DNA of 63,990 nt, filler included, from Licmophora abbreviata (Eukaryota), in the NCBI GenBank assembly GCA_900291995.1. It is 11 parts of 11 records of this genome, joined end to end, with 100 filler letters (N's around TTAATTAATTAA, not from the genome) between each part and the next. Parts side by side here need not be neighbours in the genome. Positions count along the whole stretch, not along the records: positions 1 to 22,079 come from OLMU01005732.1; positions 22,180 to 28,697 come from OLMU01005736.1; 9 more parts are not named here. One strand, given 5' to 3'. Made by a program: the position numbers and the translations under genes. Numbering within the stretch: the stretch's first letter is position 1; each line of letters begins with the position of its first letter. This document shows, in pieces, positions 11,603 through 22,811 of the stretch. Below the pieces are notes generated by a model. That model was not told the DNA's origin. It ran no database searches and saw nothing but the letters and a program-made list of their open reading frames with translations.

Positions 11603-13189
11603 CTATCCATAGTGATGATCGTCTGCGCCCTCTTCCACCAACTCCTTCCAGATCTTATCTTCGTAGTCTTCAGAGTATGCAGCCTTCTCGGCTTGGCAAA
11701 GGGAGACATACTGACTGGTCACATCGGGAATATCCCAGTTGGCTGGGTCGCGTTTGTAGATAAACTTTCGCGTCGTCTCGCGTTGGTCAACAACATGGTC
11801 GTCGCCTTGGTCATCGTTGCTTGCTTGCTGCGGTAACATTGACGTAACATTTTGAACATCACCCGTATCTTGGTCCAGCTGTACCGTCACCACCATGGAT
11901 CCATCTGATTGCAGTTTGGAGCGCCGCGGTTTGTCGGACAGGCTTCCCCGCGATGATTTCTTGGATGCTACCTCCTCTGCAAACGAAGACAAGGAGTCCA
12001 GCAGCCCAGCGATGTCCTCCGTGTCATCATTGTCGTCTTCACTTTCATCACTGTCATAATCGAAATCGTCATCAAGTTCGTCGTCGTCGTCGTCGTCGTC
12101 GCTTGTTGAATCCAACGCCGATGAGAGCGTGCTGTTCAGCGATCCCGTAGAAATGACATCGATCCAGTCTTTCACATCGTTCTTTACCATGCGGGTCAGC
12201 ATCGTTATCAGTTCAGCTGCCGCATCAGCCGCATCTGAATTTGCTTTTCCCGATGTCGTGTCGTTATCGATTCGTTGAAGAACTTTCTTCAGACTCGTCA
12301 GCATCTTTAAGGTTGTATCAAGATCCATCTCCTCAATATCATGGCGATTCCTCATGCCTAGCTGCAAGTCGATCGCTTCCTGTAACTGATGACTTTCTAT
12401 TAACGCCAGAAGTGCCTCACAAAAGAAGCGTGAATCCAATGGTGTTTGCAAGGCTGATGTGGTCCATACCGAAACTTCCAAAATGGCCGCTGCCGGGGCA
12501 CCATCACGACTATGCTTGGCAATCGCGGTAACCACGTCGCGGTACAAAAAGAGATGGAAGGGCAATGACAAGTCGTGCGCACGATGGGTCAAATCCATGA
12601 CAGCCTCAAGTAGGAGCGGATCCTTGTCTATAAAACGAATGCAAGTCGATGTGACTTGCACCAAGGAGCGATGAAGATTCGCGGCGGATTCGGAAAGTTG
12701 TTCATGGTTGGATTTCAACAGTTCGTCCGCAAGGGGGTAGGGAGGGTACGTAAGGGAGAGCATCTCTTGGGCGACAGCGTATATTCCGTCCGTGAATAGT
12801 TCGGAGTCCTTTCTATCTTTTAGCTTGTCGACGAGCCCTCGAGCGTCCGTGGCAATCGCGTGTAGATCGGGTGGTGGCGGTAGGGGAGGCAGCAGTGTGT
12901 CCATCCGCGTCGGGTTGTCGTCACCAGTGCCTTTGGCATCGGTCGTGAAGCTCTGGCATTGTAGTATAAATAGATCGCAATAAGGTTTCCGCAAAAGTTG
13001 CTTGTTCGCCTGGATGGTCCGCAAACATCGTCCCTGGAACAGAAGTTCTGTACGATAAGATTCGGTCACTGCCGCTCGTCCACCGTCGTACAGGATTTCT
13101 TCGCCAGACTGGCGTCTCCCGGCAGAATACTTTCGAAGAGACCGACAGTATCGTCTTGGAAGACGATCTACATGTCGAAACACGGGCAT
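11603..13189 (-). CDS. Hypothetical protein with Arg-rich N-terminus (possible mitochondrial presequence), helical core and acidic Asp/Glu tract
   Basis: Long ORF (about 528 aa from the first ATG) with a poly-Asp stretch; no recognised domain. Confidence 0.7.
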   Translation of the reverse strand: MPVFRHVDRLPRRYCRSLRKYSAGRRQSGEEILYDGGRAAVTESYRTELLFQGRCLRTIQANKQLLRKPYCDLFILQCQSFTTDAKGTGDDNPTRMDTLLPPLPPPPDLHAIATDARGLVDKLKDRKDSELFTDGIYAVAQEMLSLTYPPYPLADELLKSNHEQLSESAANLHRSLVQVTSTCIRFIDKDPLLLEAVMDLTHRAHDLSLPFHLFLYRDVVTAIAKHSRDGAPAAAILEVSVWTTSALQTPLDSRFFCEALLALIESHQLQEAIDLQLGMRNRHDIEEMDLDTTLKMLTSLKKVLQRIDNDTTSGKANSDAADAAAELITMLTRMVKNDVKDWIDVISTGSLNSTLSSALDSTSDDDDDDDELDDDFDYDSDESEDDNDDTEDIAGLLDSLSSFAEEVASKKSSRGSLSDKPRRSKLQSDGSMVVTVQLDQDTGDVQNVTSMLPQQASNDDQGDDHVVDQRETTRKFIYKRDPANWDIPDVTSQYVSLCQAEKAAYSEDYEDKIWKELVEEGADDHHYG

Positions 13190-13785
13190 GGCTGCTTTCA
13201 ATAGAGCGAAAGGACGACCAAGACTACTCGTACTCGTAGGTAACAGAAGCTGAAATTCAGGTCAACCAAAAAGCTATGATTCGAGTACACATCGTCATGG
13301 TTGTGTCCGTGTGTGTGCGTGGTGGTGGTGCAATGTTGTCTTGTCTTGGGAAGACTACGAGCACAGACACATGAAGGTGCTTTGGGGCCGCCGCCGAGCG
13401 CACCTACATACTCTCTCTCGGACACCTCACATATTGAATATCTTCACAGTCACGCGTTCACGCAGATTGAAGATGCACTTCGTCGCGCCATTTTCAATTT
13501 TTGTTTTGGAACGACAACCACACCCGCGGACCACACGACAACGCAAGTGCATTGCTTTCTTTCATTGTCCATTGCGTTGTTGCGGTCCGTCGACCCTCGT
13601 CATCCAGTGCGCTGACACACAGACACACTCTCTTGAACCTCACAGCACCTACGTTTCGCTTCAGGACCCAGGATTTATTGATCTTCCGGCGAAGTTCTAA
13701 TTCTCGTTTCAGTTTTGATTGCGACACAGCACTTTCTTTGCTGCAACACTGCACATTCGAAAGAACATTAATCGTCAACACCACC

Positions 13786-15754
13786 ATGTCAAAGCGACAA
13801 AGTGCTCTTCTCGACTCGGATTCCGATGATTCCGATCTTGACGCCGCCCCTACGTTTCGCCAGTCTCGTAGTGAAATCAAAAAACGCTCCCGAGGCATGG
13901 ACTACCTGGACGAAGCCATGGACGAGCGTCAAGAGCGCACCAAGACCATGGCACGCATCGACAAAATCAAGCAGGAAGAGCCTTCCCCTGAGCGCAACGA
14001 AATAGAACGCGCACAAGCATTGGCTAGTGCACAGTACGTTTCCAGTTCGGAACGACAGCGACAAGCTCACAATTTTATTCATGGGATTGACAGCGATGCG
14101 GACGACGGATTTGATCAAGGGCGCCGGAGTGCTCTGGCGAATCTCGCGACGACTCATGAGGCGACTCTCATTGGAACGAGAAGTCTCTTGAGTGCAGTGG
14201 AAAATACGGATCTGTTCCACTCCAAACAGCAAGCTGTCGACTCATTGAACGACGTTGTTCAACAATTGGAGAAGAAGAAGGACGAACCTTCTCTTGTACT
14301 GGCCAAGAATCTGCGCGCCGCCGTTGCCTGCGGCATGCTGGGTGAACTTCTGGACTCGCATCAGTTGGTATACTTGTGTGCTGCAAACCATATCGATACA
14401 ATTCCCCGAGAACTGGAGGAGTGGCTTTGGAAACTGGCGTGCAGCGCGGATCAACCTAAGCTTGTGTACACCAATACGGAAATCTGCGCCGGAGCATGCG
14501 AAACGCTGATGAAGCTCCTAAAGAATCAGGTTGTCTCTACCGTGTCAAGCATCGCGACTTTGAATGAGATTGTTCCGTTGTTAAAGCGCTGGTTCGGCTT
14601 GCAGCTCGAGGTCTCTCCATTGCGAGTGAATCCAAACGAACCGGTAGAGGCCCCCGAAAGCGGAGCGACTACTACCATGTCGAACCATCTGACTGGACTC
14701 AAGCACTTTCTTATGCTGTTGTCGGCATACTCCTACTCTATCCGCGATGAAGTTGCAGCAAACACAATTGTCGCGCTCACCTGTGTCGGTCTCGATCGGT
14801 CGGTACACAAGGGAAATAGGTGAGACCGTGTCTGCGTGTAAGATACGAACGATTGTTGCGAATGGATTATCGCTAACTAGAAATGCATTGTCGCTGCTTT
14901 CATTCTACGGTATGATCAGCGGTGTCATGGATGCGCTGAAACAAGCGCTGGCTACTCTACTCGCGTTGCGAACACGTTCTGGGCCGCCCGAAGAGTCAGC
15001 TTTGCGTGGGTGGATGGAGTCCACATCAATTCGCATCGTGGAAACATGCCACCTCCTTGGCCCAGGACCTTCGACAAGCGAAGATCACGATGATGAACAG
15101 GCTTGGCTCTGTTTTCCGCTAGCAGTTCGCTTGTTTTACGGAATCGATCGTATCAGAGACAACACAAGAGGCAACGAGTTCATGTTAGTCCTGGCGATAT
15201 CGGCCCTGCAAAAGTGCCTGCAATTGGAAGGCGAATGGGATGGCTACTTAAAATTGCAGCTTTCCGGGGAGGGTATTCCTTTCAAAAACTTGGGTGAACT
15301 ACCATGGAAAGCCCTTGCTTCTGCCTACGTCGCGCTGCGCTTCAGCCGCTTGCACACGAGAGAGATGGAGCAGGACAGTCCCCGCTGTCTCGCCATCGTC
15401 GAGCTTGCTCGGTACTGCTTGCAACTAGGTCTTGAAATGCTCACTCGTCCCCTTGCGGGACAGAATGTCACGCCAGCCATCTATCCCGACGAAACGACAG
15501 GAACCTTCCTTTCCGTCGAGACTGCCAAGCAAGTGCATGTCTTTTTGGATCTCATCGACTCGGAGTGCCATGTCACGACCAAACTGGCAGGACAACGTGC
15601 ATCTATTCCCGACTTTCGACGGGTCGAGTTTTGTCTATCTCTAGTCGGTGGATTTGTTCGTCAGAAAAAGGAAGAAGCGGCAATCATGGCTGGCGACGTT
15701 GTGCCAAAGAAGACGAACAAGGTGCAGAAGGGAATCAATTCATTCTTCTCCTGA
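13786..15754 (+). CDS. Uncharacterised protein with C-terminal PCNA PIP box; intron 14820-14919
   Basis: Two ORFs joined in frame by a GTGAGA...ATCAG intron; the protein ends KVQKGINSFFS*. Confidence 0.78.
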
Positions 15755-15987
15755 GCTGAGGCGGAAGACGACCTAGAAGGCAAGTCGGCCTCTTCTTTCT
15801 AGAATAGCTTAGTATAATGCTCGAAGACTGCAAGCTAACACCCGGTCTGATGTGTACACGTAAAGAACAACAACGTAGCATGTCCCGCGACACAGTGATC
15901 GACTTTTTCATCGTAGCTTTTCCTTTCGTTCGAGCTCTCGTCGTGGCGATGAGAGCACGATGAGAGCTCTGTTTCCTTGGTCTTTCC

Positions 15988-15995
15988 TGACGTCA
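15988..15995. promoter_or_regulatory. Palindromic TGACGTCA (CRE/CCRE-like bZIP site) upstream of the TPT gene
   Basis: Perfect CRE palindrome about 160 nt upstream of the ATG at 16152. Confidence 0.35.
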
Positions 15996-16151
15996 TTCTG
16001 AATCGATACCAGCCACAAAATTCGGGAAGATCGCGCGGCGAGAATCTTCAATCTGCATCATCAGCGCGATGACACCCACTATTCTGGCGTAGTAGCAATT
16101 GAATTCTCACTCTTTTCATACTTGAACTGCACAGAATAAGACGACAGCAAG

Positions 16152-17330
16152 ATGAGCACCGCTAAAGCAGAAGCGTCCCCTCTCAAGCTTGTGAGTTCTG
16201 AATTGAAGTCGTTCTTTGTCTACGGGTTGAGGATTGAGACTCCCTTCGACGAGTTCCACGTGTTTAGCTCGGGATGTATGGCGTTGCTGTGTTTGTCTAG
16301 CTTGCTTAGGCCTTGGGCTAACCTTGTTTGTTGTCTGATTGCTCTCCTTTCCTATGAATGTGCGTAACCATCACCATGACGATCTTCTATCCAGGCGGGC
16401 CTCGTGGTCCTCTGGTATGCAGGAAACACGTTCTACAACATCTACAACAAGCGGACGACCAACATGATCCATGCCCATTGGACTGTGGCGTCGGCGCAGT
16501 TGATCGTCGGAATCGTCACCAGTCTCCTCTTGTGGATCACCAAGGTCCGCAAGACGCCCAATTTGAATGCATCGGACATCGCGGCGTGTATTCCCATTGG
16601 TCTCTTTGCCTCCTTGGCTCACACGGGCAGCGTTTTGGCGGCCGCCGTCGGTGCCGTCAGCTTCCAGCAGATTGTCAAGGCTTGCGAACCTGCCTTTGCG
16701 GCCGTCGTGGGAGTGCTCATCCCACCTATGGATATCAAACCCGTGCTTGCGTATCTTATGCTCATTCCCATTGTCGGTGGTGTCGGCCTCGCCTGTATCA
16801 AGGAAGGCAAGGGTGTCGACATTAACGTTGAGGCTTTCATGTATGCGTCCATGGCCAACGCCGCGGCAGCCTTGAAGGGCAAACTGGGAAGCTCGGTTAC
16901 CAAGACACTGAAAACAGACAAATCAAAGAACATGGATGCCGCTAATGTGTACGCTGTCATGAACATCATCTCCTTCTGCTGCACCGTCCCCTTTGTGGTT
17001 ATCACCGAATTGTCGGACCTGTCCAAGACGTGGGAGGCAGCCACCGAAGAACACGAGCCAAAGGATATTTTGATCAACTTGCTCCTTTCTGGCTTCTTTT
17101 TCTACTTTTACAACGAGTGCGCTTTTGCCTTCACGTCGCATGTCGGTGCCGTCACGTCATCCGTCCTGAACACGGCCAAGCGTGTCATTATCATTGTTGT
17201 GTCGTCGATTGTCTTCCAGGAGGTCATGGAGCGCAACACTGTTATTGGATCGGCTATTGCTATTTGTGGAACGTTTGCGTACTCTCTTGCTTCTAAGAAG
17301 AAGCCGGCAGATAAGGCGAAGACTGCTTAA
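16152..17330 (+). CDS. Triose-phosphate/phosphate translocator family protein without presequence (TPT1/APT1-like); intron 16191-16394
   Basis: Motifs LWYAGNTFYNIYNK, GAVSFQQIVKACEPAF and GAVTSSVLNTAKRVIII; a 13-codon exon 1 is spliced in frame. Confidence 0.9.
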
Positions 17331-17559
17331 AAGCGCAGCGACGTATTGGCTCGTGGTTTATTGATGGTCGGGTTCTGTCTTTTGCGGGAACGAGGGCCGT
17401 CCGAGTGTGTGATTGGTGAGCTAGGTATATGGTCAAACTAAGCTTCTTTCATGTCCATCTATTACTGTAGCGACTTTACTGTAATGCTGATCGAAAGTTC
17501 ACTCTACTATCGGCGCGTACTCCGACTTCTGTGGGACGCAGTCGGATGTATTCTCAGGC

Positions 17560-18378
17560 TCATGATGTTGAGTCACCCAACAGTGCTTCCAGATCCTTTC
17601 CCGTTACTTCTCGCTGACTCGGCCCGCCCACTGTCCCATTATTGATCAGCTCAGCCAATATTTTCAGACTTTTTGAGATTGTTTGCTCGCGACATGCGGG
17701 TCCACATGGAGCTGACTGCACATGGCCATGCATGCTGTGCGTACCTTGACTTGCTGGACAGGGCCTGGGCACGACATCGCCGCCGGCAATGTAGCTTGCA
17801 ACGTCGAACAAGCTTTTAACGTTCTGTTCTCCACCAGCGTCACCAGTGGCTATTTGCATTCGAAACGTCGCATCCTGTCCCGCACTCTCGGATACATTGA
17901 CCTCCATGGTATGAATTCCTCTCTTGCATAGGTAGTCGGCATCCAGTCCTTCCAGAATCTTGCCCCAAAGATAAATGGCCAGTTCTTCCGTCGTGGCATG
18001 AGCGATCGGTAACATGGCGCAATCTGATATTGGGAATACGAAAACGGACCCATCTTCACATGTCAGTGTAACAGACTCTTCAGAGGGGGCGCCTACATCA
18101 ATCGTAACGACCGTCGACAGTGTGGGACAAAGAAAATGTTCGTTGAGGTCTTTACAAACTTTCTTCGTCACACCCTTGACACAGCCAAAGTCAATCAAGT
18201 ATCCATCAGGACCAATCTTGCGTGATCCCAGCAAATTGACGGCCACACGATAGTTGTGTCCGTGGAGTCGTTCCCGAAATCCCGGATAGGCGACAAAGTG
18301 CGCCGCGTTGAATTTGAAAGTATCTTTCGACACGTGCACTTCAAAGTTGGTTTCTAGAGCAGTGCTGTGTATACTCAT
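17560..18378 (-). CDS. 6-pyruvoyl-tetrahydropterin synthase family, PTPS-III type
   Basis: FNAAHF...RERLHGHNYRV with Glu in place of the catalytic Cys, plus IDFG and TTEELA motifs. Confidence 0.87.
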   Translation of the reverse strand: MSIHSTALETNFEVHVSKDTFKFNAAHFVAYPGFRERLHGHNYRVAVNLLGSRKIGPDGYLIDFGCVKGVTKKVCKDLNEHFLCPTLSTVVTIDVGAPSEESVTLTCEDGSVFVFPISDCAMLPIAHATTEELAIYLWGKILEGLDADYLCKRGIHTMEVNVSESAGQDATFRMQIATGDAGGEQNVKSLFDVASYIAGGDVVPRPCPASQGTHSMHGHVQSAPCGPACREQTISKSLKILAELINNGTVGGPSQREVTGKDLEALLGDSTS

Positions 18379-18911
18379 GATAAGTCGACGTTGGAGACGG
18401 GAGGGATCAAGCTTGTCCTGACGACTACTAGAAATGAAAGCTTGATGTTGTTCAATGTGATCAACGAACGCCTGTCGTCTGGCATCATCCGTATCATCGG
18501 CATCGCGTCATCGCGGCGCGCCAAAACTTTGTTTGACTCGACTCGTTCGACTCAATCATCCATCTACATAAGTGAATGCCTGCGGGCGCGCTTGCGAACC
18601 CCCCACGACGGCCATGCTCGTTCCTTGCGTGTTCCATGTACAAACCCTTGTATAGTAACTTTTATATGATACCTGTACGACGAGTACTCCATGACACACC
18701 CGAGGACAGACGGAACGACTGTGCTCGGAAGACCGCGTGCTGCGAAGTGATGGAGAATAATCGAGACACGCTCAGCATGACGATGTTGCGGTCGCCTGTT
18801 TGTCCTCTATTCGAATCCTCTGAAGTCCCAAACATCCCTCACTACACACGCTGGTCATTTAGAAGCCAGAGACTGTCTTATACGGCAATCTGATTGCTAA
18901 CGATTCGAAAA

Positions 18912-20603
18912 ATGTCGTTTTCATCACGACGACGAAATTACCTGTTGACACCGCACAGGCGCGATGGCTTAGTCGAATGGATGAAGAGCATGCTCATGCA
19001 CAGCTTTGTCTTGGACGCACTAGACACGACCGGGGGAGATACCTTTGCACACTTTGAAGTCTTGATTGAAGAACATCTGCGTATGGAAGCCGAGGGATCG
19101 TCGCAGCCGTCCAGATTGAAGCAGCTTGTTCCGACCGTGGGCACATTTCACACGCGTCTCCCGTTGCTTCATGCATTCGAGGCCTACAATGCCAAACACA
19201 ACATTACTAAGCGACGACATGTTTGTATCTCCTTCAACGAACTACGACATATTCTCAATCTTGCTCAGATCATGGCCATGCGCAAGATGCCGAACGAGCA
19301 CGAACACGACAAGGCAGACGACGAGTCACAACTCAATGTCAGGTCTACTCCCGATACAGCTCTGCAACAGTGGGTTCAATCTTCCAAACTAGATGGCTTG
19401 AGTGATGTGGGAGATACTGGAGACGAAGCGACACCTCAGCCGCCGGAGCTTGTACTGGATGACGGCTCGTTCAATGGTCCGACAATGATTACATTCGACG
19501 GAGATCAGACGCTCTATTCCGACGGCGCCAACTTTGATTCCAACCCGCGACTGGCCAATTATCTTCACTTGCTTCTCAAACATGGTGTCACTGTTGCTGT
19601 CGTCACGGCGGCTGGCTACGAGTACAATCGCGAAAAGTATGAGTTTCGTCTGTCGGGACTTTTGGCTTATTTCAAAGAGAAAGGACTTTCCGAAGAGGAC
19701 TGTGCTCGATTCTATTTGTTTGGAGGCGAATGCAACTACCTTCTGCGCGTAAGTAAACCGTTGTGTACGCTACATTGTGCTTGAGCGCATTTCATCCGTC
19801 GTTTCAAACAATGTTATTTCCGCGGGCCCAAACCCATCAACCACCGACAGCTCGGAAGCGACTATCGGCTACACCCCGTCAAAGAGAACGGTCCTGGTGG
19901 ATGGTGCACTTCGACGCGTTACCTAGCTGAATCTCCAGCCAACTGGAATGAAGCGGAGGTACAGGATATGCTCAATGTCGCGGAGGAATCGATTCGAACG
20001 AGTTTGGAAGATCAGAATCTACGCGGTCGTGTCATTCGGAAGCGACGGGCCATCGGACTGGTACCAAAGTCCGGGGAAGCCATGCCTCGCGAGGCACTCG
20101 ATGAAGCCGTCCTACGTGTCCAAGAGGAGCTACAAGGTTTGCAAGGCGGACAGGGACCGCCTCTTCCGTTTTGCGCCTTCAACGGTGGACGCGACGTGTG
20201 GCTTGATGTTGGCAATAAACGGGTCGGGGTACAGGTCCTTCAGTCATATCTGGGAATCCCTCAGAAAGAGACGCTACACATTGGCGACCAGTTTCTTAAC
20301 ACTGGCAACGACTACGCAGCACGAGCAGTCTCACCTTGTATCTGGATCATCAGGCCAGAGGAGACAACGTACATTCTTAAGTCAATCCTTCGTCTTGCAG
20401 GCGTTCAGTACTCTCTGCCAATATTGGAGCCACCGCCGACGCCAGAACTCCGACCGCTTTCTACCGTGAAGGAAAAATCGTGCGCCGATTTTGCCGAGGT
20501 GGAACGACGTCTCAAGTCAGTTGAGCTCATGGATGTGTACACGGGAGAAATTCAAGGCGGGGCGACTCCCAGTAAGACCGCCAGTGGTAGCGGAACGCAG
20601 TAG
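18912..20603 (+). CDS. ISN1: IMP-specific 5'-nucleotidase (HAD family); intron 19749-19850
   Basis: Motifs LKQLVPTVGTFHTRLPL, TFDGDQTLY, VTAAGY, FCAFNGGRDVWLDVGNK and LHIGDQF. Confidence 0.93.
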
Positions 20604-20660
20604 CTCTAGTTTTATGTTTGCTGTCGAGTGTCATTGTGGTTGTGAACTACTGTAGTATTG

Positions 20661-21974
20661 TCATTGCTGCTTTGGTCTCATAGCTGTCGCAGGGTTAGCA
20701 TGCTTGCCGTCTCCATTCGACATGGCGTGCTCTGTCTCTCTTGTTCTTGGCGTGACAATGTCAAAGCACCAAATGTTGAGCAAAGCACAAATCTCGGATA
20801 TGACAATGGTCATCTTGGTCGCGAGGAAGGCCCACAAGGATGCCGTATAAATCGAAAGGTACTCATCTGTGACTGCGCTCGCCTTCCAAACACCCGTTGT
20901 TACCAATACCGTCAGTAGTACCAACGGCAGAAGCCACCATCGAAACCAACGAAAACGTTCACCCGAAATGTGATCCAGCATGAGCTGAGTGCACATTTCC
21001 ACAAAGAGACCAGCAACCAAATGTAGACTCGTTCGTGGCATACGAATCCAGATTTCGGAATCCCACGTGCCAATCGCAAACGAAAGGAGAGCCAGCGATA
21101 AGAACGGCACGAGACCAGCTAGGCTACGCGCGCCATGCGCCCGGGTAACGGATACACTCTTGGATACCATCTCTTGTACGAACCCTATACAAGCCGCAAC
21201 GACTTGTAAATCGGCATTTCGCCAGGCTCGTTCTGGAATCCAAGACTGTAGCATGGGCGGCAGAAGCTGCGCATGGGGCTGAAGGAATGTGTCGTACCAA
21301 CTAGTCGACTGCCAGTACGACACGCCTAGAAAGCAAGTGGTCAAGCTGGTGAGTGCACCAAGCAACAGACCTTCATTGGGACCATTGACTCGCGGCAGTA
21401 TAAGTTTCCCAGTTTGATATTCTTCCCACGTGGCTACGTAGAAGAGTGCCATCGGTCCAATCACTAGCGCCCAGAGCATCCAGGCATCATCCGTCGGAAG
21501 CAGCCCAATGCTAAGAACCCAGTTGGCAGATCCGAAAACGGAGTTGACGGCGTCGCATCCGTGATCGAAGAGCAGCCCAAGCGGACTGGAGGAAGCTGTC
21601 CGTCGCGCCTGCTTCCCGTCCATGTTGTCGAGCGTTTGGTACAGTAGCATGGCCAGACTGTGAAGCGCAAAGATCCAAGCCGGCATTGACAGAGGTGCGA
21701 GATTCGGAGAGTAGTACCAGAAAACACAGTAGGACGTGATCATGAAAGACAGACCGCACGATGTAATGGCATTGGGTGAGATCGCGGTAGGAGTGCAGCG
21801 ATTCACCAGAAAGGCGGCCAATGGCGACAGAAGGAAGCGATACAGGAGAGATCGGTCTTCTCCCGAGTATTGGTAGCGTGGCAGCGCGTATCGAGCCTTC
21901 GCCGACAGAAAGAAGTAGCCTGCATTGGCTGGAACTTCATTGTTCACTTCCACGTCGCTCTTGGGTGAGACCAT
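20661..21974 (-). CDS. CDP-alcohol phosphatidyltransferase (choline/ethanolamine phosphotransferase, CEPT/AAPT)
   Basis: YQYSGEDRSLLY, PNAIT, and the catalytic motif DNMDGKQARRTASSSPLGLLFDHGCD. Confidence 0.93.
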   Translation of the reverse strand: MVSPKSDVEVNNEVPANAGYFFLSAKARYALPRYQYSGEDRSLLYRFLLSPLAAFLVNRCTPTAISPNAITSCGLSFMITSYCVFWYYSPNLAPLSMPAWIFALHSLAMLLYQTLDNMDGKQARRTASSSPLGLLFDHGCDAVNSVFGSANWVLSIGLLPTDDAWMLWALVIGPMALFYVATWEEYQTGKLILPRVNGPNEGLLLGALTSLTTCFLGVSYWQSTSWYDTFLQPHAQLLPPMLQSWIPERAWRNADLQVVAACIGFVQEMVSKSVSVTRAHGARSLAGLVPFLSLALLSFAIGTWDSEIWIRMPRTSLHLVAGLFVEMCTQLMLDHISGERFRWFRWWLLPLVLLTVLVTTGVWKASAVTDEYLSIYTASLWAFLATKMTIVISEICALLNIWCFDIVTPRTRETEHAMSNGDGKHANPATAMRPKQQ

Positions 21975-22079
21975 CGTGATGGATGGGTGGGATGGATGGT
22001 GGTGCAACAGTGATTCAACATTCAACACTTTTGAACTTGGTTCGACTTTTTAGGATCGACTCGACTCTGAGTTTCAAGT

Positions 22080-22179
22080 NNNNNNNNNNNNNNNNNNNNN
22101 NNNNNNNNNNNNNNNNNNNNNNNTTAATTAATTAANNNNNNNNNNNNNNNNNNNNNNNNNNNNNNNNNNNNNNNNNNNN
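22080..22179. other. Artificial scaffold linker N44-TTAATTAATTAA-N44; also at 28698-28797, 32659-32758, 34549-34648, 38981-39080, 44499-44598, 46787-46886, 51368-51467, 60209-60308 and 62865-62964
   Basis: Ten identical 100-nt spacers whose core places stops in all six frames. Confidence 0.98.
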
Positions 22180-22450
22180 GTCGCGGCCGTGGTGTATGCA
22201 CTGCAAGTGCATCCTCGGCAGCTTTGCCAGAGCCCTGCATTGTCGACACTGCGGACGATTGATTTGCGGCGCATGCTCCCCAAGAAGCTTGAATGCGGAG
22301 TTTTTCCCCAAGTCGTTTGAGGTGTACGAATCGTCCTGGGTGTGTATGGTTTGTGAGAAGATCCTCGTGTCTAAGAAAGAAGAGAATAGCAGCACTACTC
22401 AGCCGACGCTGTCACTATCGAAAGACGAGGAGGATCCCGACGTTTTCTAG
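22180..22450 (+). CDS. 3' fragment of a gene encoding a C-terminal FYVE-type zinc finger (5' part lost in gap)
   Basis: CMHC...HCRHCGRLICGACS...WVCMVC, an eight-Cys FYVE pattern. Confidence 0.8.
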
Positions 22451-22811
22451 GAAGTACAAGTATTATAGATGGTTAACGAGTTGTATAGTTGTTTGAAAGC
22501 CTAGACTTGCAAGCTCTTAAGTCTCGACGAGTGAAGTTGAGTGCTTTGTATCGTACCTTCACCTGTCTACGGGTATACGGTAAGCGCGAAAAGCGATTTG
22601 AACTTTGAACGATAAATTCAAGCCAAATTACAGGTTTGGCCAGAAAGTGGGGTTCTAGTCAAATTTTGACTGCAACGCCGCGCATCATGTTTTATGTTGA
22701 ATGTGTGTCATGTGAACCGCAGCAGCCGCAACACCACAAGATCTCGTCGCTCATCACCGCCGCGCCTTTTCCAGAAGCAAAGCCACAAAGCGACGTAACT
22801 GAAGTACCAGG

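Noticed and set aside
11371..11607. Possible non-canonical GA-AG intron (11514-11607) extending the 11603-13189 gene
   Set aside because: An acceptor-like CAACAG is present, but there is no canonical donor before the stop and no homology supports the extra exon.
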